Assembly: GCA_016932815.1 (NCBI GenBank)
Contig: JAFGCC010000017.1
Location: forward strand, 3,581-67,580
Source: Candidatus Micrarchaeota archaeon
GTDB taxonomy: Archaea > Micrarchaeota > Micrarchaeia > Anstonellales > Bilamarchaeaceae
Direction of reading: 5' to 3'
DNA length: 64,000 nt
The position numbers and the translations under genes are program-made. The notes under the pieces are model-generated. The model ran no database searches and was not told the origin of the DNA. It was given only the letters and a program-made list of their open reading frames with translations. Below, one piece after another: positions 28,511-37,566 of this stretch. How positions within the stretch are numbered: the first letter of the stretch is position 1; each line of letters begins with the position of its first letter.

Positions 28511-29743
28511 TTATCTTCCCAGTTCCATCCGTATCCTCTTGTAGAGGTTGTCCTTGATAGTCTTCACAAGGAAGGAGTTCAGTTTCGAATCGTCCCTTTT
28601 GCGAGCCAGTTTGGTGAGTAAGAGGTACTCCTCTTTGGTATTCGCATAGATGTTCATCAGCGGAAAACCATTGTTCATTAGTACGTAATTCCAGATGAGC
28701 CTCGTTGTTCTGCTGTTCCCATCATCAAACGGGTGAATATGCTGGAATTCATTGTGCACGAATGTCGCAAATTCAACGATTTCTGCAATTCCATGGCCGC
28801 GCGAGTTGAAATCGTTTATCCTTTTGACCAGTACGTCCAGTTTGGGAAGAATCTCGGAGAAATGGGCCACTTTATACGCAAGGTTTCCGCGTATTGATAC
28901 ATCGGATGCCCTGATTCCTTCTTTTACCCCCAGGTTGTGGATTACATTCCTGTGAAGGTCCAGAATGAACTCAATGCTGAGGGGTTCGCTGATGTTGGAA
29001 ACCAGTTGGTTGATTGCATTGTAATAGTTCTTTACTTCGTTTGCTTCCCTGAGTTTTTTATCCTCTGGTACAATGTCCTCTAAAACCAGTTCCCTGGTTT
29101 CATCCAGCGTGAAGGTGTTGCCCTCAAGCTGGGTGGATGCGGAAGCGAATTCGATTCTCAGTTCCTCTTCAACATCTCCTAGCAGGAGATTGCGCTCAGT
29201 TTCTTCCACTTTTTTGAGCAGCTTTTTTATCTCTCCATAGTCCTCTTTTGCCATGCCGCCCTTACTTTCTTTTGTTCTGGGTTTCTCCCCAAAGAAGCTG
29301 AGGACTTCCTGCAGTATGGGGTCCCTTATGAATTTTATTTTCAATGGCTTTTTTGACGTTATCAGCGCCAGGTTTATGCGGTTGAGGTACGTTAGGTATT
29401 TCCTTGCTGTCTTGTAGCTTATGCCTTTGAAGTCCTTCAGGAACACTTCCTCTTTTGCCATGCCTTTTTTTAGTATCTTGGATAGCTCTACTGACAGAAA
29501 AATATTGTAATTTATCCCCCTGCCCCTACAGAATTTCATTATGTTAAAAACATTCCATGTTTTCGGGTTTTCCCTGTTTGGCTGGTATTCCCCTTTTTCT
29601 CTTTCTACTAGGCCTTCCCCTTCGAGTTCCTTCAAACGCTGGCGCGTTGATGATGGGCTTGAACCGATTTCCTCTGCAATGCGTTTGAGCTTGCTCTTTT
29701 TGAGGTTGAATAGGGCGAATAGGGCGTCCCATTTGCTTTTCAT
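28511..29743 (-). CDS. Fic-domain protein with N-terminal winged HTH
   Basis: HPFDDGNSRTTR Fic motif, STQLEGN autoinhibitory motif, N-terminal LKRIAEEIG..RLKELEGEGLV HTH; visibly AT-richer than neighbours. Confidence 0.9.
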   Translation of the reverse strand: MKSKWDALFALFNLKKSKLKRIAEEIGSSPSSTRQRLKELEGEGLVEREKGEYQPNRENPKTWNVFNIMKFCRGRGINYNIFLSVELSKILKKGMAKEEVFLKDFKGISYKTARKYLTYLNRINLALITSKKPLKIKFIRDPILQEVLSFFGEKPRTKESKGGMAKEDYGEIKKLLKKVEETERNLLLGDVEEELRIEFASASTQLEGNTFTLDETRELVLEDIVPEDKKLREANEVKNYYNAINQLVSNISEPLSIEFILDLHRNVIHNLGVKEGIRASDVSIRGNLAYKVAHFSEILPKLDVLVKRINDFNSRGHGIAEIVEFATFVHNEFQHIHPFDDGNSRTTRLIWNYVLMNNGFPLMNIYANTKEEYLLLTKLARKRDDSKLNSFLVKTIKDNLYKRIRMELGR

Positions 29744-29964
29744 GTTTTTGCTTAGGCTCTAAATGTTTATAAATATTCCTATATTAGCTCATTTATAAAT
29801 AAATATTTACTTCTTTTCCTTTATTGGAGAGAAAATAAAGATTTTCCGTTATTCAGCGTGCAGAACTCATAGGTGAAACAATCGCAGGATTGCTATTGCC
29901 TAAATCTTTGGGATTCATGATGTGAGCGTATCAAACTTATTAATGTTGCCGAAGATAATAAGCC

Positions 29965-30729
29965 ATGAAACTGACCTTCTTGGGAACAGGCGGCGGCAGG
30001 ATAAACCTGATAAAGCAAATCCGCGCAACCGGCGGAATCTGCATCTCCGGGCCAAAGAACATACACATCGACCCAGGCCCCGGAGCCTTAGTTCGCATGA
30101 GGAACAAGGGAATGGACCCGCTCAAGACCGACATAATGGTCGTAACCCACTCGCACATTGACCACATAGGGGACGCAGGCGTCCTAATAGAAGGGATGAG
30201 CCACTACGCGCTCAAAAAGAAGGGCACGCTGATAGCATCCGAAGACGCCCTAGGTGGGGAGATAAAGGGGCAGAAGATAAGCGGGTTCCACCTCTCCCGC
30301 CTTGAAACTGTGGTGAGGGCGAAGCCCGGGGAAACATTTGAGTTCGAAGGGGGGAAAATCAGCTTCAAAAAGGCAGTCCACGACGATTTCCCCGCATTCG
30401 GCTTCGTATTGGAAATGGGCGGGAAAAAGATAGGATACACAGGAGATACCGAATACTTTGAGGAAATGCCCGAAGAATACGCGGGCTGCGACCTCCTAAT
30501 AATCAACGTGATGAAGCCCTTTGCAGACGAGTACAAGGGGCATTTGACAGCAGAAGACGCCTCGAAACTCATAGGGAGGGTGCAGCCCAAGCTCGCAATC
30601 CTTACCCACATGGGCCTCAAGATGCTCCGCTACCCCGCAGAAAAGCGCGCATCCGAAGTGGAAGCCGAAACAGGCGTAAGGGTAATTGCGGCAGAAGACG
30701 GGATGGAAATTGGGGAATCGGAATTCTAG
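29965..30729 (+). CDS. MBL-fold metallo-hydrolase
   Basis: FLGTGGG, IDPGPG, THSHIDH, YTGDT, HL, THMG. Confidence 0.9.
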   Translation: MKLTFLGTGGGRINLIKQIRATGGICISGPKNIHIDPGPGALVRMRNKGMDPLKTDIMVVTHSHIDHIGDAGVLIEGMSHYALKKKGTLIASEDALGGEIKGQKISGFHLSRLETVVRAKPGETFEFEGGKISFKKAVHDDFPAFGFVLEMGGKKIGYTGDTEYFEEMPEEYAGCDLLIINVMKPFADEYKGHLTAEDASKLIGRVQPKLAILTHMGLKMLRYPAEKRASEVEAETGVRVIAAEDGMEIGESEF

Positions 30730-30814
30730 TTTCCTTTTTTATTGAATTGTAAATCGCATACGCATCCGAGGGCATTACCGGCAATTTACAATAGCTAAAA
30801 AAGTTTGCGAACTT

Positions 30815-30834
30815 TTTTTATACATTTCCATCCA
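30815..30834 (+). promoter_or_regulatory. TATA-containing promoter shared with 32680-32699
   Basis: TTTTTATACATTTCCATCCA versus TTTTTATACATTCGTATCCA, each starting ~30 nt before a paralog ATG. Confidence 0.6.
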
Positions 30835-30846
30835 TGAAAATACACT

Positions 30847-31674
30847 ATGAATAATCTTAAAGCCGCAAAACGCCCGCAAAAGGAGAAGGTTCCATCAGTA
30901 AGGGAAGCGAGGAATCTCTTTTCCAGCAGGAGGGCGGCATTGAGCAGGAATGCAGGCATTTTCAGGGGGGAATTCTCAGATAAGCTCTCCGCGCTTTCTG
31001 CATCCTCAACCATAATCGGGAGGAGGCTCACAGCGCACGGGACGAAAATCCCCCTGCGCGGGGAACTTGGCAGGAGTTCCGAATGCCCTTCGTTTTTGAG
31101 CAACGGCGAGTTGGGCACTCTCCTTGGAAGTTCAGCGGAACTCAGGGAGCGCATAGAATCCGCCAACGCAATCTCCCCCCTGGAAAAGGCCGAATTCCTA
31201 AGCGAAATCGCGGAATTTGCAGGATACGGGCAAATGTTCATAGAAGAAAGCAAAAGAAAGGAAGCGGAAACCTCAAGCGAGTGCGAATATCTTGATTCGC
31301 TTCCGAAGGAAGCCACTTCCCCCAGGTTCATCCAGAATCCGCGTGAGGCCCCCTTCTGGCCCCTCCTTCCCGCAGGGCTCATGATGGCATTTGGGCAGTT
31401 GTTCTACAACCTCCCCAAATCCGATTCGATTACCGTTGGCCTAATAGGTGCAGGCATAGGCGCATTTGCCCTTCTATGCGAGTCCGCCTACCTTTTCTGC
31501 TCTGGGAAAGTGAGGCTCATGAAGGAGCTTGAGCAAGTTCTCTTCCGCTCTGCGCTATTTGAGGCCATGAAGCAGGACGCCCTTTCGTTCCTGGAGAAGA
31601 TTGAGGGATTGCAGGGCAACCTCAATGCGGCTTTGGATATGCTGCGCGGGAGCCAAACTAACCAACAGGTGTGA
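30847..31674 (+). CDS. Helical orphan protein with hydrophobic hairpin, paralog 1 of 3
   Basis: Shared F..RR..L..F and C...SLP motifs; two hydrophobic segments. Confidence 0.75.
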   Translation: MNNLKAAKRPQKEKVPSVREARNLFSSRRAALSRNAGIFRGEFSDKLSALSASSTIIGRRLTAHGTKIPLRGELGRSSECPSFLSNGELGTLLGSSAELRERIESANAISPLEKAEFLSEIAEFAGYGQMFIEESKRKEAETSSECEYLDSLPKEATSPRFIQNPREAPFWPLLPAGLMMAFGQLFYNLPKSDSITVGLIGAGIGAFALLCESAYLFCSGKVRLMKELEQVLFRSALFEAMKQDALSFLEKIEGLQGNLNAALDMLRGSQTNQQV

Positions 31675-31677
31675 AAA

Positions 31678-32604
31678 ATGGCAGCGCTCATGAAAAGGGA
31701 AACCAAGAACCTCCCACTCCCTGGCAAGAAAACCCCGCCTAGGAAAGTGGCGGAGATTTTCTATGCGCGCAGGCAGGAGCTTAACGCGAAGGCGCACGCG
31801 CTTCCCAAGGCATTCTCAGAAGAGGTGGGCGCATTATACAATAACGCACGCAAAATGAGGCAGATGCTAAAAGAGCAGGGAATCAAAGTCCGCAGCCCCG
31901 AAGAAGTCCTAAGCTATTTCGGAACCGAGGCGCTTGTAAAGCTCGAACAAAGCGGCACAGAAATTTCCAATCCCGAAGAGGCCGCGAAATCTCTGGGGAG
32001 GGAAGCCCTCCTTAGCGCTTCGGCTTCCAATAAGCTCAATAGGAGCACCGTTCTCCAATTCGATAAGATAACCTCCCAAGAAAGGCTCGGTGAAGCAGAG
32101 AAGCTAGTCTACGGCCTTTTCCTTGCGGACCTGGTTTCGGCCCACAACTTCACTTTAGCGCATGCGGTTAAGTTCAAAGCGCAGAATGAAATCTCCGAAG
32201 AGTGCAGGAAACTCAATTCGCTTCCGCACCAAACGCGGCTCCCGCATTTTTGGGGGATGATGTTCGGGGCAGTTTCTGCCGCTTTCGCCGCTTTTGCGGC
32301 AACGTTCATGAACAAGTTCCAATTGGGGGCCTCCCTTCGCGAATCCCTCACTTCCGGGGCAGCCGTTTTTGGGGCGGTTTTAGGCGGAGGCGCGCTGGTT
32401 GCGGGAAAATTCTTCCGCACCGACAAAAAGCTCCTGCACGAGCGCCTGGGAAAGGTTTCCGGGAACCTCGAGGCCCTTAACCGGAAGTGCGATGAATCCT
32501 ATGGAATCCTGCAGTCGATGGCGCTCTTGCAGAGGAACCTGCTCCTAACAATCGGGGAACTAGGCAAGCGCAGCGCAAACAAAACCCCCCAAGCAAAAAA
32601 CTGA
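31678..32604 (+). CDS. Helical orphan protein with hydrophobic hairpin, paralog 2 of 3
   Basis: IFYARRQEL..LPKAFSEEV; Gly/Ala-rich hairpin. Confidence 0.75.
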   Translation: MAALMKRETKNLPLPGKKTPPRKVAEIFYARRQELNAKAHALPKAFSEEVGALYNNARKMRQMLKEQGIKVRSPEEVLSYFGTEALVKLEQSGTEISNPEEAAKSLGREALLSASASNKLNRSTVLQFDKITSQERLGEAEKLVYGLFLADLVSAHNFTLAHAVKFKAQNEISEECRKLNSLPHQTRLPHFWGMMFGAVSAAFAAFAATFMNKFQLGASLRESLTSGAAVFGAVLGGGALVAGKFFRTDKKLLHERLGKVSGNLEALNRKCDESYGILQSMALLQRNLLLTIGELGKRSANKTPQAKN

Positions 32605-32710
32605 GGGCGGAACTTCCCGCGAATTCAGGGCTTCCGGCAATCTCCCTGCAATTAGGGGCAGGAACCCCTGTAGGATACCTTTTTATACATTCGTATCCAC
32701 AATTTATAAC

Positions 32711-33577
32711 ATGAGTTTAGTTCCGGGAATGAAACTCCAGTTGCGCGGCCTGCCCAACCAGGAGATGCCGCCCAGGCAGATTGCGAAGCTCTTCTCCGAA
32801 CGAAGGAAAGAGCTTGGCAAGCAGGCGCAGAGCCTGCCCAAAGAATTCTCGGCTGAGGTGGAGCGGCTATTTTCCAATTCAAAGGGCTTAAGGGGAAAAC
32901 TCAAGGGGCTTGGAACCAAGGTTCCCAATTCAACGCAAATCGCAGAAGTCTTCGGAAAGAAAGCCCTCCTTAGCGACGATGCCCTTGAGAACCTGGTGCT
33001 TGAATCCTCAACCCAGTGGTCAAAGGTGAAGCGGAAAGATGCCTTCTCTCCCACTCAAAAAGCAGCCCACTTAAGCAAGGTTGCAGAACTCCTTGCCGCC
33101 CATGACGTATTTCTCGCAAGCAGGATAAGGGCAGGCCTGCAAACCCGGATTGTGCAGGATTGCGAACACACGGAGTCCTTTCCAGATGAAATCAAGGCGC
33201 CAAGCATATGGGGAAAAATAAAGGGTGCCGCCCTCTTTACAATCGGATTTACTGGGGCCTTTTTAGGATTCATGTCCTTCTTCGATGTCCCGATGAGGAC
33301 GCGCGTCATCGCAACCGCAATAGCTTTTATTTCATCCGCAATAGCGGGCGCAAAAGCCGCGGCAGGCAGGTTCTCCTACGAGAAGGCGGAAATGCACTTC
33401 AAGCTGAAAAGGGTTTCCGGCAAGATTGCGGAGCTTGATGAGATGAGGGGTCACCTCGCGCTGGTTGTGGGAGCGATGAACGTCATCCAAGAAGACCTCG
33501 CTGCGGCAATTGATAAGCTTGCAAACGCACCGGAAACTTCCGGGCCCAAAATGAACAAAGGGGATTCCGAAGCTTAG
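32711..33577 (+). CDS. Helical orphan protein with hydrophobic hairpin, paralog 3 of 3
   Basis: LFSERRKEL..LPKEFSAEV; Gly/Ala-rich hairpin. Confidence 0.75.
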   Translation: MSLVPGMKLQLRGLPNQEMPPRQIAKLFSERRKELGKQAQSLPKEFSAEVERLFSNSKGLRGKLKGLGTKVPNSTQIAEVFGKKALLSDDALENLVLESSTQWSKVKRKDAFSPTQKAAHLSKVAELLAAHDVFLASRIRAGLQTRIVQDCEHTESFPDEIKAPSIWGKIKGAALFTIGFTGAFLGFMSFFDVPMRTRVIATAIAFISSAIAGAKAAAGRFSYEKAEMHFKLKRVSGKIAELDEMRGHLALVVGAMNVIQEDLAAAIDKLANAPETSGPKMNKGDSEA

Positions 33578-33662
33578 CCCCGGCAGGAAAGCCCTCTTTT
33601 AAAATTATCCTTATACAGCTATTACTCCCTGTTATCATAAGCAGGCCCGCAGGTGGATTTTA

Positions 33663-36017
33663 ATGCTCGCAAAAAGGTTCGGAACGGAAATAGAGGAAAA
33701 ATGGCAGGAGGAATGGGATAGGAGGGGAACATACACGTTCAACGGCCTAGATGAGAGGGAGCCCTACTCAATCGACACCCCGCCTCCTTTTACAAGCGGG
33801 GAATTGCACATGGGCCACGCACTCTCATACTCCTATTTCGACTTCGTAGCCCGCTACAAGAGGATGCGTGGCTACAACGTATTCTACCCGCAAGGCTGGG
33901 ACACCCAGGGCTTCCCTACTGAAACCAAGGTGGAAAAGAAATACGGGAGGCTCCCAAGAGAGGAGTTCCGCAAAAAATGCGAAGAGTGGAGCGCCCAGAT
34001 GATAGACAAAATGAAGGAGTCCATGATTAAGCTGGGTTTCTCCCCGGACTGGAAGCACCAGTACCGCACACTCGATAAAGAATACCACCGGAAAGTCCAG
34101 CTCTCCTTACACATAATGTATGACAAGGAGATGGTGTATAGGGGCGAGCACCCGGTTTTCTGGTGCTACAAATGCAGGAGCGCCCTTGCAAAATCCGACA
34201 CCGAGGATTTGGAGCGCGAAACACTCCTAAACCACATCAAGTTTACCGGCCCGGAGGGGGAAGAGCTAATAATCGCAACCACCCGCCCCGAACTAATGTA
34301 TGCATGCGTGGCGGTGATGTTCCACCCCGAAGATGAGCGCTACAAGCACCTGGAGGGAAAAGAGATTACAACTGCCCTCGGAAAGAAGGTAAAAGCAATC
34401 GCCGATAAAGACGTGGACAAGGAATACGGGAGCGGCCTGCTCATGGTCTGCACTTTCGGGGACAAGCAGGACATAGTCTGGGCATACCGCCACAAGCTCC
34501 CAATCCTCTCGATTCTCGATGAGAACGGCAAGCTCAAAGGGACCGGGGAGTTCGACGGCCTAAAGCCCAAGGACGCAAAGGAGAAAATCATAGAAAAGTT
34601 CAAAGAAGAAGGGAAACTAGTGAAGCAGGAGAAACTTCCCCAGGTCGTAAAAGTCCACGATAGGTGCAAAACCCCGGTAGAATACGCGCTATCACGGCAG
34701 TGGTTTGCCGACATCACAAAGCACAAAGAAGAAATCAAGCAGATGGCGCGCAAGGTAAAGTGGTTTCCGGAATTCGGCATAAGCTACCTTGACAACTGGG
34801 CGGATTCCGTTGAATGGGACTGGGTAATTTCGCGCCAGAGGCACTTTGGGACTCCAATCCCCTTCTACTACTGCGAAAAATGCAATGCAACAGAAAAAGC
34901 CGATTCGCTTCCTTTCTACCTGGAATCCGCACCGGAAAAAGAGTGCAGGTGCGGAGGGAAGATGAAGCCCGAGGAATCCGTATTGGACTGCTGGGTGGAT
35001 TCTTCAATTACCCCGCTCATAATTGCAGGATGGCCGGACAGGAAAGGCTGGGAGAAGCTCTACCCCGCTTCGCTTCGCCCCCAGGGAGTCGAAATTGTGC
35101 GCACCTGGGCATTCTACACCATCTACCGCTCAGGGCTTGGAGTAACTGGGGAGAAGCCCTGGGACTCAATTTTGCTCAACGGGAACGTCCTTGCGCCGGA
35201 CGGGAGGAAGATGAGCAAGTCGTTAGGGAACGTGATTTCGCCCATGGAGCTCCTAAAAGAATACCCCGCAGATGCATTGCGGCAGTGGGCGGCACTAAGC
35301 GGCGCAATGGCAAAGGACCGCCCGTTTTCCTATGAGGATATAAAGTTCGCAAAATCATTCCTGAATAAAGTGTGGAACGCATCCAGGTTCGTGCAGGGGA
35401 ACTTAGAGGGGTATGATGGCTCAAAGCCGCAAAAGCTTGGAACCGTGGACAAATGGATGATGGAATCGCTGAATCTCGCAATAGAAGAATGCACGGATGC
35501 CATGGAAGGCTTTGAATTCAACCGCTCAATGAGGAAGCTCCACGATTTCTTCTGGCATGATTTCTGCGACGATTACCTAGAATACGTGAAATACCGCATG
35601 TACGGTTCGGACGCAGAATCCAAGAAGGCCGCGCAATACGTATTGCACGAAGCCCTCTTTTCGTTCCTCAAGCTCCTAACGCCAATCTCGCCCCACATCT
35701 GCGAGGAAATCTACCACGAACTCTTTGGGGGCAAGGAAGGGAACACGATTACGTTTGCCCCCTGGCCCAAGGCGGGAGAAAGGTTCAGGGAAGAATACGA
35801 AAAGGTTGAGCCCATGCGCACCCTTATCTCCAAAATACGGCAGGAGAAATCATCCTCCCAGCTTTCGCAGGGAGCAGAAATCGTGCTCACTTCCCCCAGG
35901 ATTGAATTGGAACCAGAACTCCTAGATGAAGTGAAAAACATCGCCCGCATAAAGGAAATAAACGAAGGCGAATTCGGGATAAAAGCCGTTGAAGATAAAA
36001 AGGAAGAATCAAAGTGA
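33663..36017 (+). CDS. valS: Valyl-tRNA synthetase
   Basis: DTPPPFTSGELHMGH, ATTRPE, WVISRQR, KMSKSLGN, HDFFWHDFCDDYLE. Confidence 0.96.
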   Translation: MLAKRFGTEIEEKWQEEWDRRGTYTFNGLDEREPYSIDTPPPFTSGELHMGHALSYSYFDFVARYKRMRGYNVFYPQGWDTQGFPTETKVEKKYGRLPREEFRKKCEEWSAQMIDKMKESMIKLGFSPDWKHQYRTLDKEYHRKVQLSLHIMYDKEMVYRGEHPVFWCYKCRSALAKSDTEDLERETLLNHIKFTGPEGEELIIATTRPELMYACVAVMFHPEDERYKHLEGKEITTALGKKVKAIADKDVDKEYGSGLLMVCTFGDKQDIVWAYRHKLPILSILDENGKLKGTGEFDGLKPKDAKEKIIEKFKEEGKLVKQEKLPQVVKVHDRCKTPVEYALSRQWFADITKHKEEIKQMARKVKWFPEFGISYLDNWADSVEWDWVISRQRHFGTPIPFYYCEKCNATEKADSLPFYLESAPEKECRCGGKMKPEESVLDCWVDSSITPLIIAGWPDRKGWEKLYPASLRPQGVEIVRTWAFYTIYRSGLGVTGEKPWDSILLNGNVLAPDGRKMSKSLGNVISPMELLKEYPADALRQWAALSGAMAKDRPFSYEDIKFAKSFLNKVWNASRFVQGNLEGYDGSKPQKLGTVDKWMMESLNLAIEECTDAMEGFEFNRSMRKLHDFFWHDFCDDYLEYVKYRMYGSDAESKKAAQYVLHEALFSFLKLLTPISPHICEEIYHELFGGKEGNTITFAPWPKAGERFREEYEKVEPMRTLISKIRQEKSSSQLSQGAEIVLTSPRIELEPELLDEVKNIARIKEINEGEFGIKAVEDKKEESK

Positions 36018-36118
36018 CCGAAGAGTCCCCACTGCAAGCAGTAGGGTATGCCTCGTTCGGTCACTACTTTACAAATTGTGGGCGCTGCAAGCAACGGGGT
36101 ATCAAACCCACAATTTGT
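36013..36118. repeat. Tandem pair of long hairpins with a shared REP-like core
   Basis: Stems AGTGACCGAA/TTCGGTCACT and ACAAATTGTGGG/CCCACAATTTGT; both enclose CTGCAAGCAnnnGGGTAT. Confidence 0.75.
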
Positions 36119-36126
36119 GAATGAAG

Positions 36127-36894
36127 CTAGCGCTTCATTTTCTGCGGGCCAGCATTCTTTGCCCCATCCATCTTCTGGGTTTTTGGTTTTGGGAATTTGC
36201 CCCTCAGATTGGTAGCCCTGTCCATAACCATCCTTATAGCCGCTTTGATATTGAGTTTTGTGGCCTCGGAGGTTCCGGGGTTGGATGCGGCCTTTTCCAT
36301 AGCCGCAAAGTCTTCTGCCCCCCAGTTATCCCCGGTTAATTCGGCAGTTAAGAGTTTCCCCTGCTCCTTCTGTTTCCTCTCCGCCGCATATTCCCTGGTT
36401 TCCACTTCCGTTAGTATCTCACTACTATTCTTCCCCATGAGCTTAAGTGAGGAAATGATCACGCATATCTTGCTCTGGCCCTTATTCCTCTTATCAGGCG
36501 GAGGCATTCGTTCGAGTGCCCGCTGCACATTCCCAGCCTCCAAATCGTCGTAAACCTCCCAGGCGGCATCTATAACCTCCTGAAATTCGCAGATTTTCCT
36601 AAGGAGCGCTACGCTCTTGTATCCGGGCATTCCGCTTTTGTCCCAGAGTGATGATAGCATCCCCTCTTCCTCTGCATTCCCATTAATCATTGCAAAGGGC
36701 AGGAATCCAGTAAGGTTCGTTGCATCCATCTCCAGGAACAAGCGCTCTTCAATCGCATCTGCTGAGGCTTCCCTCACTTCTTTGCCGTATCCGGGATTGC
36801 ACGCATTCTCAATCAATGCGCCAATCCTCTTGTCTGCGGGAATTTGCGTGTTCCTGGCGAATGCCTTAATCTCCTCAATAGTAATATCGTCCAT
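36127..36894 (-). CDS. Helical orphan protein with basic C-terminal tail
   Basis: 255-aa ORF with a TATA-like TTTATAAA ~25 nt upstream; no recognisable family. Confidence 0.65.
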   Translation of the reverse strand: MDDITIEEIKAFARNTQIPADKRIGALIENACNPGYGKEVREASADAIEERLFLEMDATNLTGFLPFAMINGNAEEEGMLSSLWDKSGMPGYKSVALLRKICEFQEVIDAAWEVYDDLEAGNVQRALERMPPPDKRNKGQSKICVIISSLKLMGKNSSEILTEVETREYAAERKQKEQGKLLTAELTGDNWGAEDFAAMEKAASNPGTSEATKLNIKAAIRMVMDRATNLRGKFPKPKTQKMDGAKNAGPQKMKR

Positions 36895-36974
36895 GTATTA
36901 ATTGGGCATGGAACACTTTATAAATATGTGTTAATTAGCGTATTCCTGTGGAGAGAGCCTCCCAAGGGAAAAAC

Positions 36975-37502
36975 TCAGTCTTTTTTCTCAACGCGCGCCA
37001 CAATCCGCCCGCTTATTGTGTGGACAGGCTCATCATCGATGCATCCGGGATTGACTTCCGGAGCGCAGCTAATATACTCCAGGGAAACGGTAATCCTCTC
37101 GGTGTCCCCCACCGAGCCAACCATGTTGTTAAGTTCCACTTCAACTACCGTAGTGTTACCCTGCCCCAGCACTCCGTCTTCAAGGTCGAAGTCGGAAGCT
37201 TCCAGGGAATAAACCTCCTGGTCTGAAGTTGTCACGTTAAGGCTCTCAGGCATTATGTCGTAGCCCAGCCCGTTGCTAATGCGGAATTTGAGCACGAAAT
37301 CCCCGTCATTGTCCACCGAGAGCACGTGCCCGGTGCAGCTTAGGTCCGGCTGCAACGTGCATTCTTCTGAAACGAGATAAGATGGGTTGAAGGCGCCAGT
37401 TGCCAGCAGTGCCCCGATTACAAGTATCAGGGCAACGAGTGCCCACCCGTAAGTCATCAGGTATTCCATTACCGCCTGGCCCTTCATCGTCTTCATGGGC
37501 AT
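36975..37502 (-). CDS. Class III signal-peptide (type IV pilin-like) protein
   Basis: MKGQAVMEYLMTYGWALVALILVIGAL prepilin motif; Cys pairs in the head domain. Confidence 0.85.
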   Translation of the reverse strand: MPMKTMKGQAVMEYLMTYGWALVALILVIGALLATGAFNPSYLVSEECTLQPDLSCTGHVLSVDNDGDFVLKFRISNGLGYDIMPESLNVTTSDQEVYSLEASDFDLEDGVLGQGNTTVVEVELNNMVGSVGDTERITVSLEYISCAPEVNPGCIDDEPVHTISGRIVARVEKKD

Positions 37503-37566
37503 CCTTTCGGGGAAAATACTTTAAAAGGCTTTATGTTAAATAGCTCACTACAAGGGCAGGGATGAG

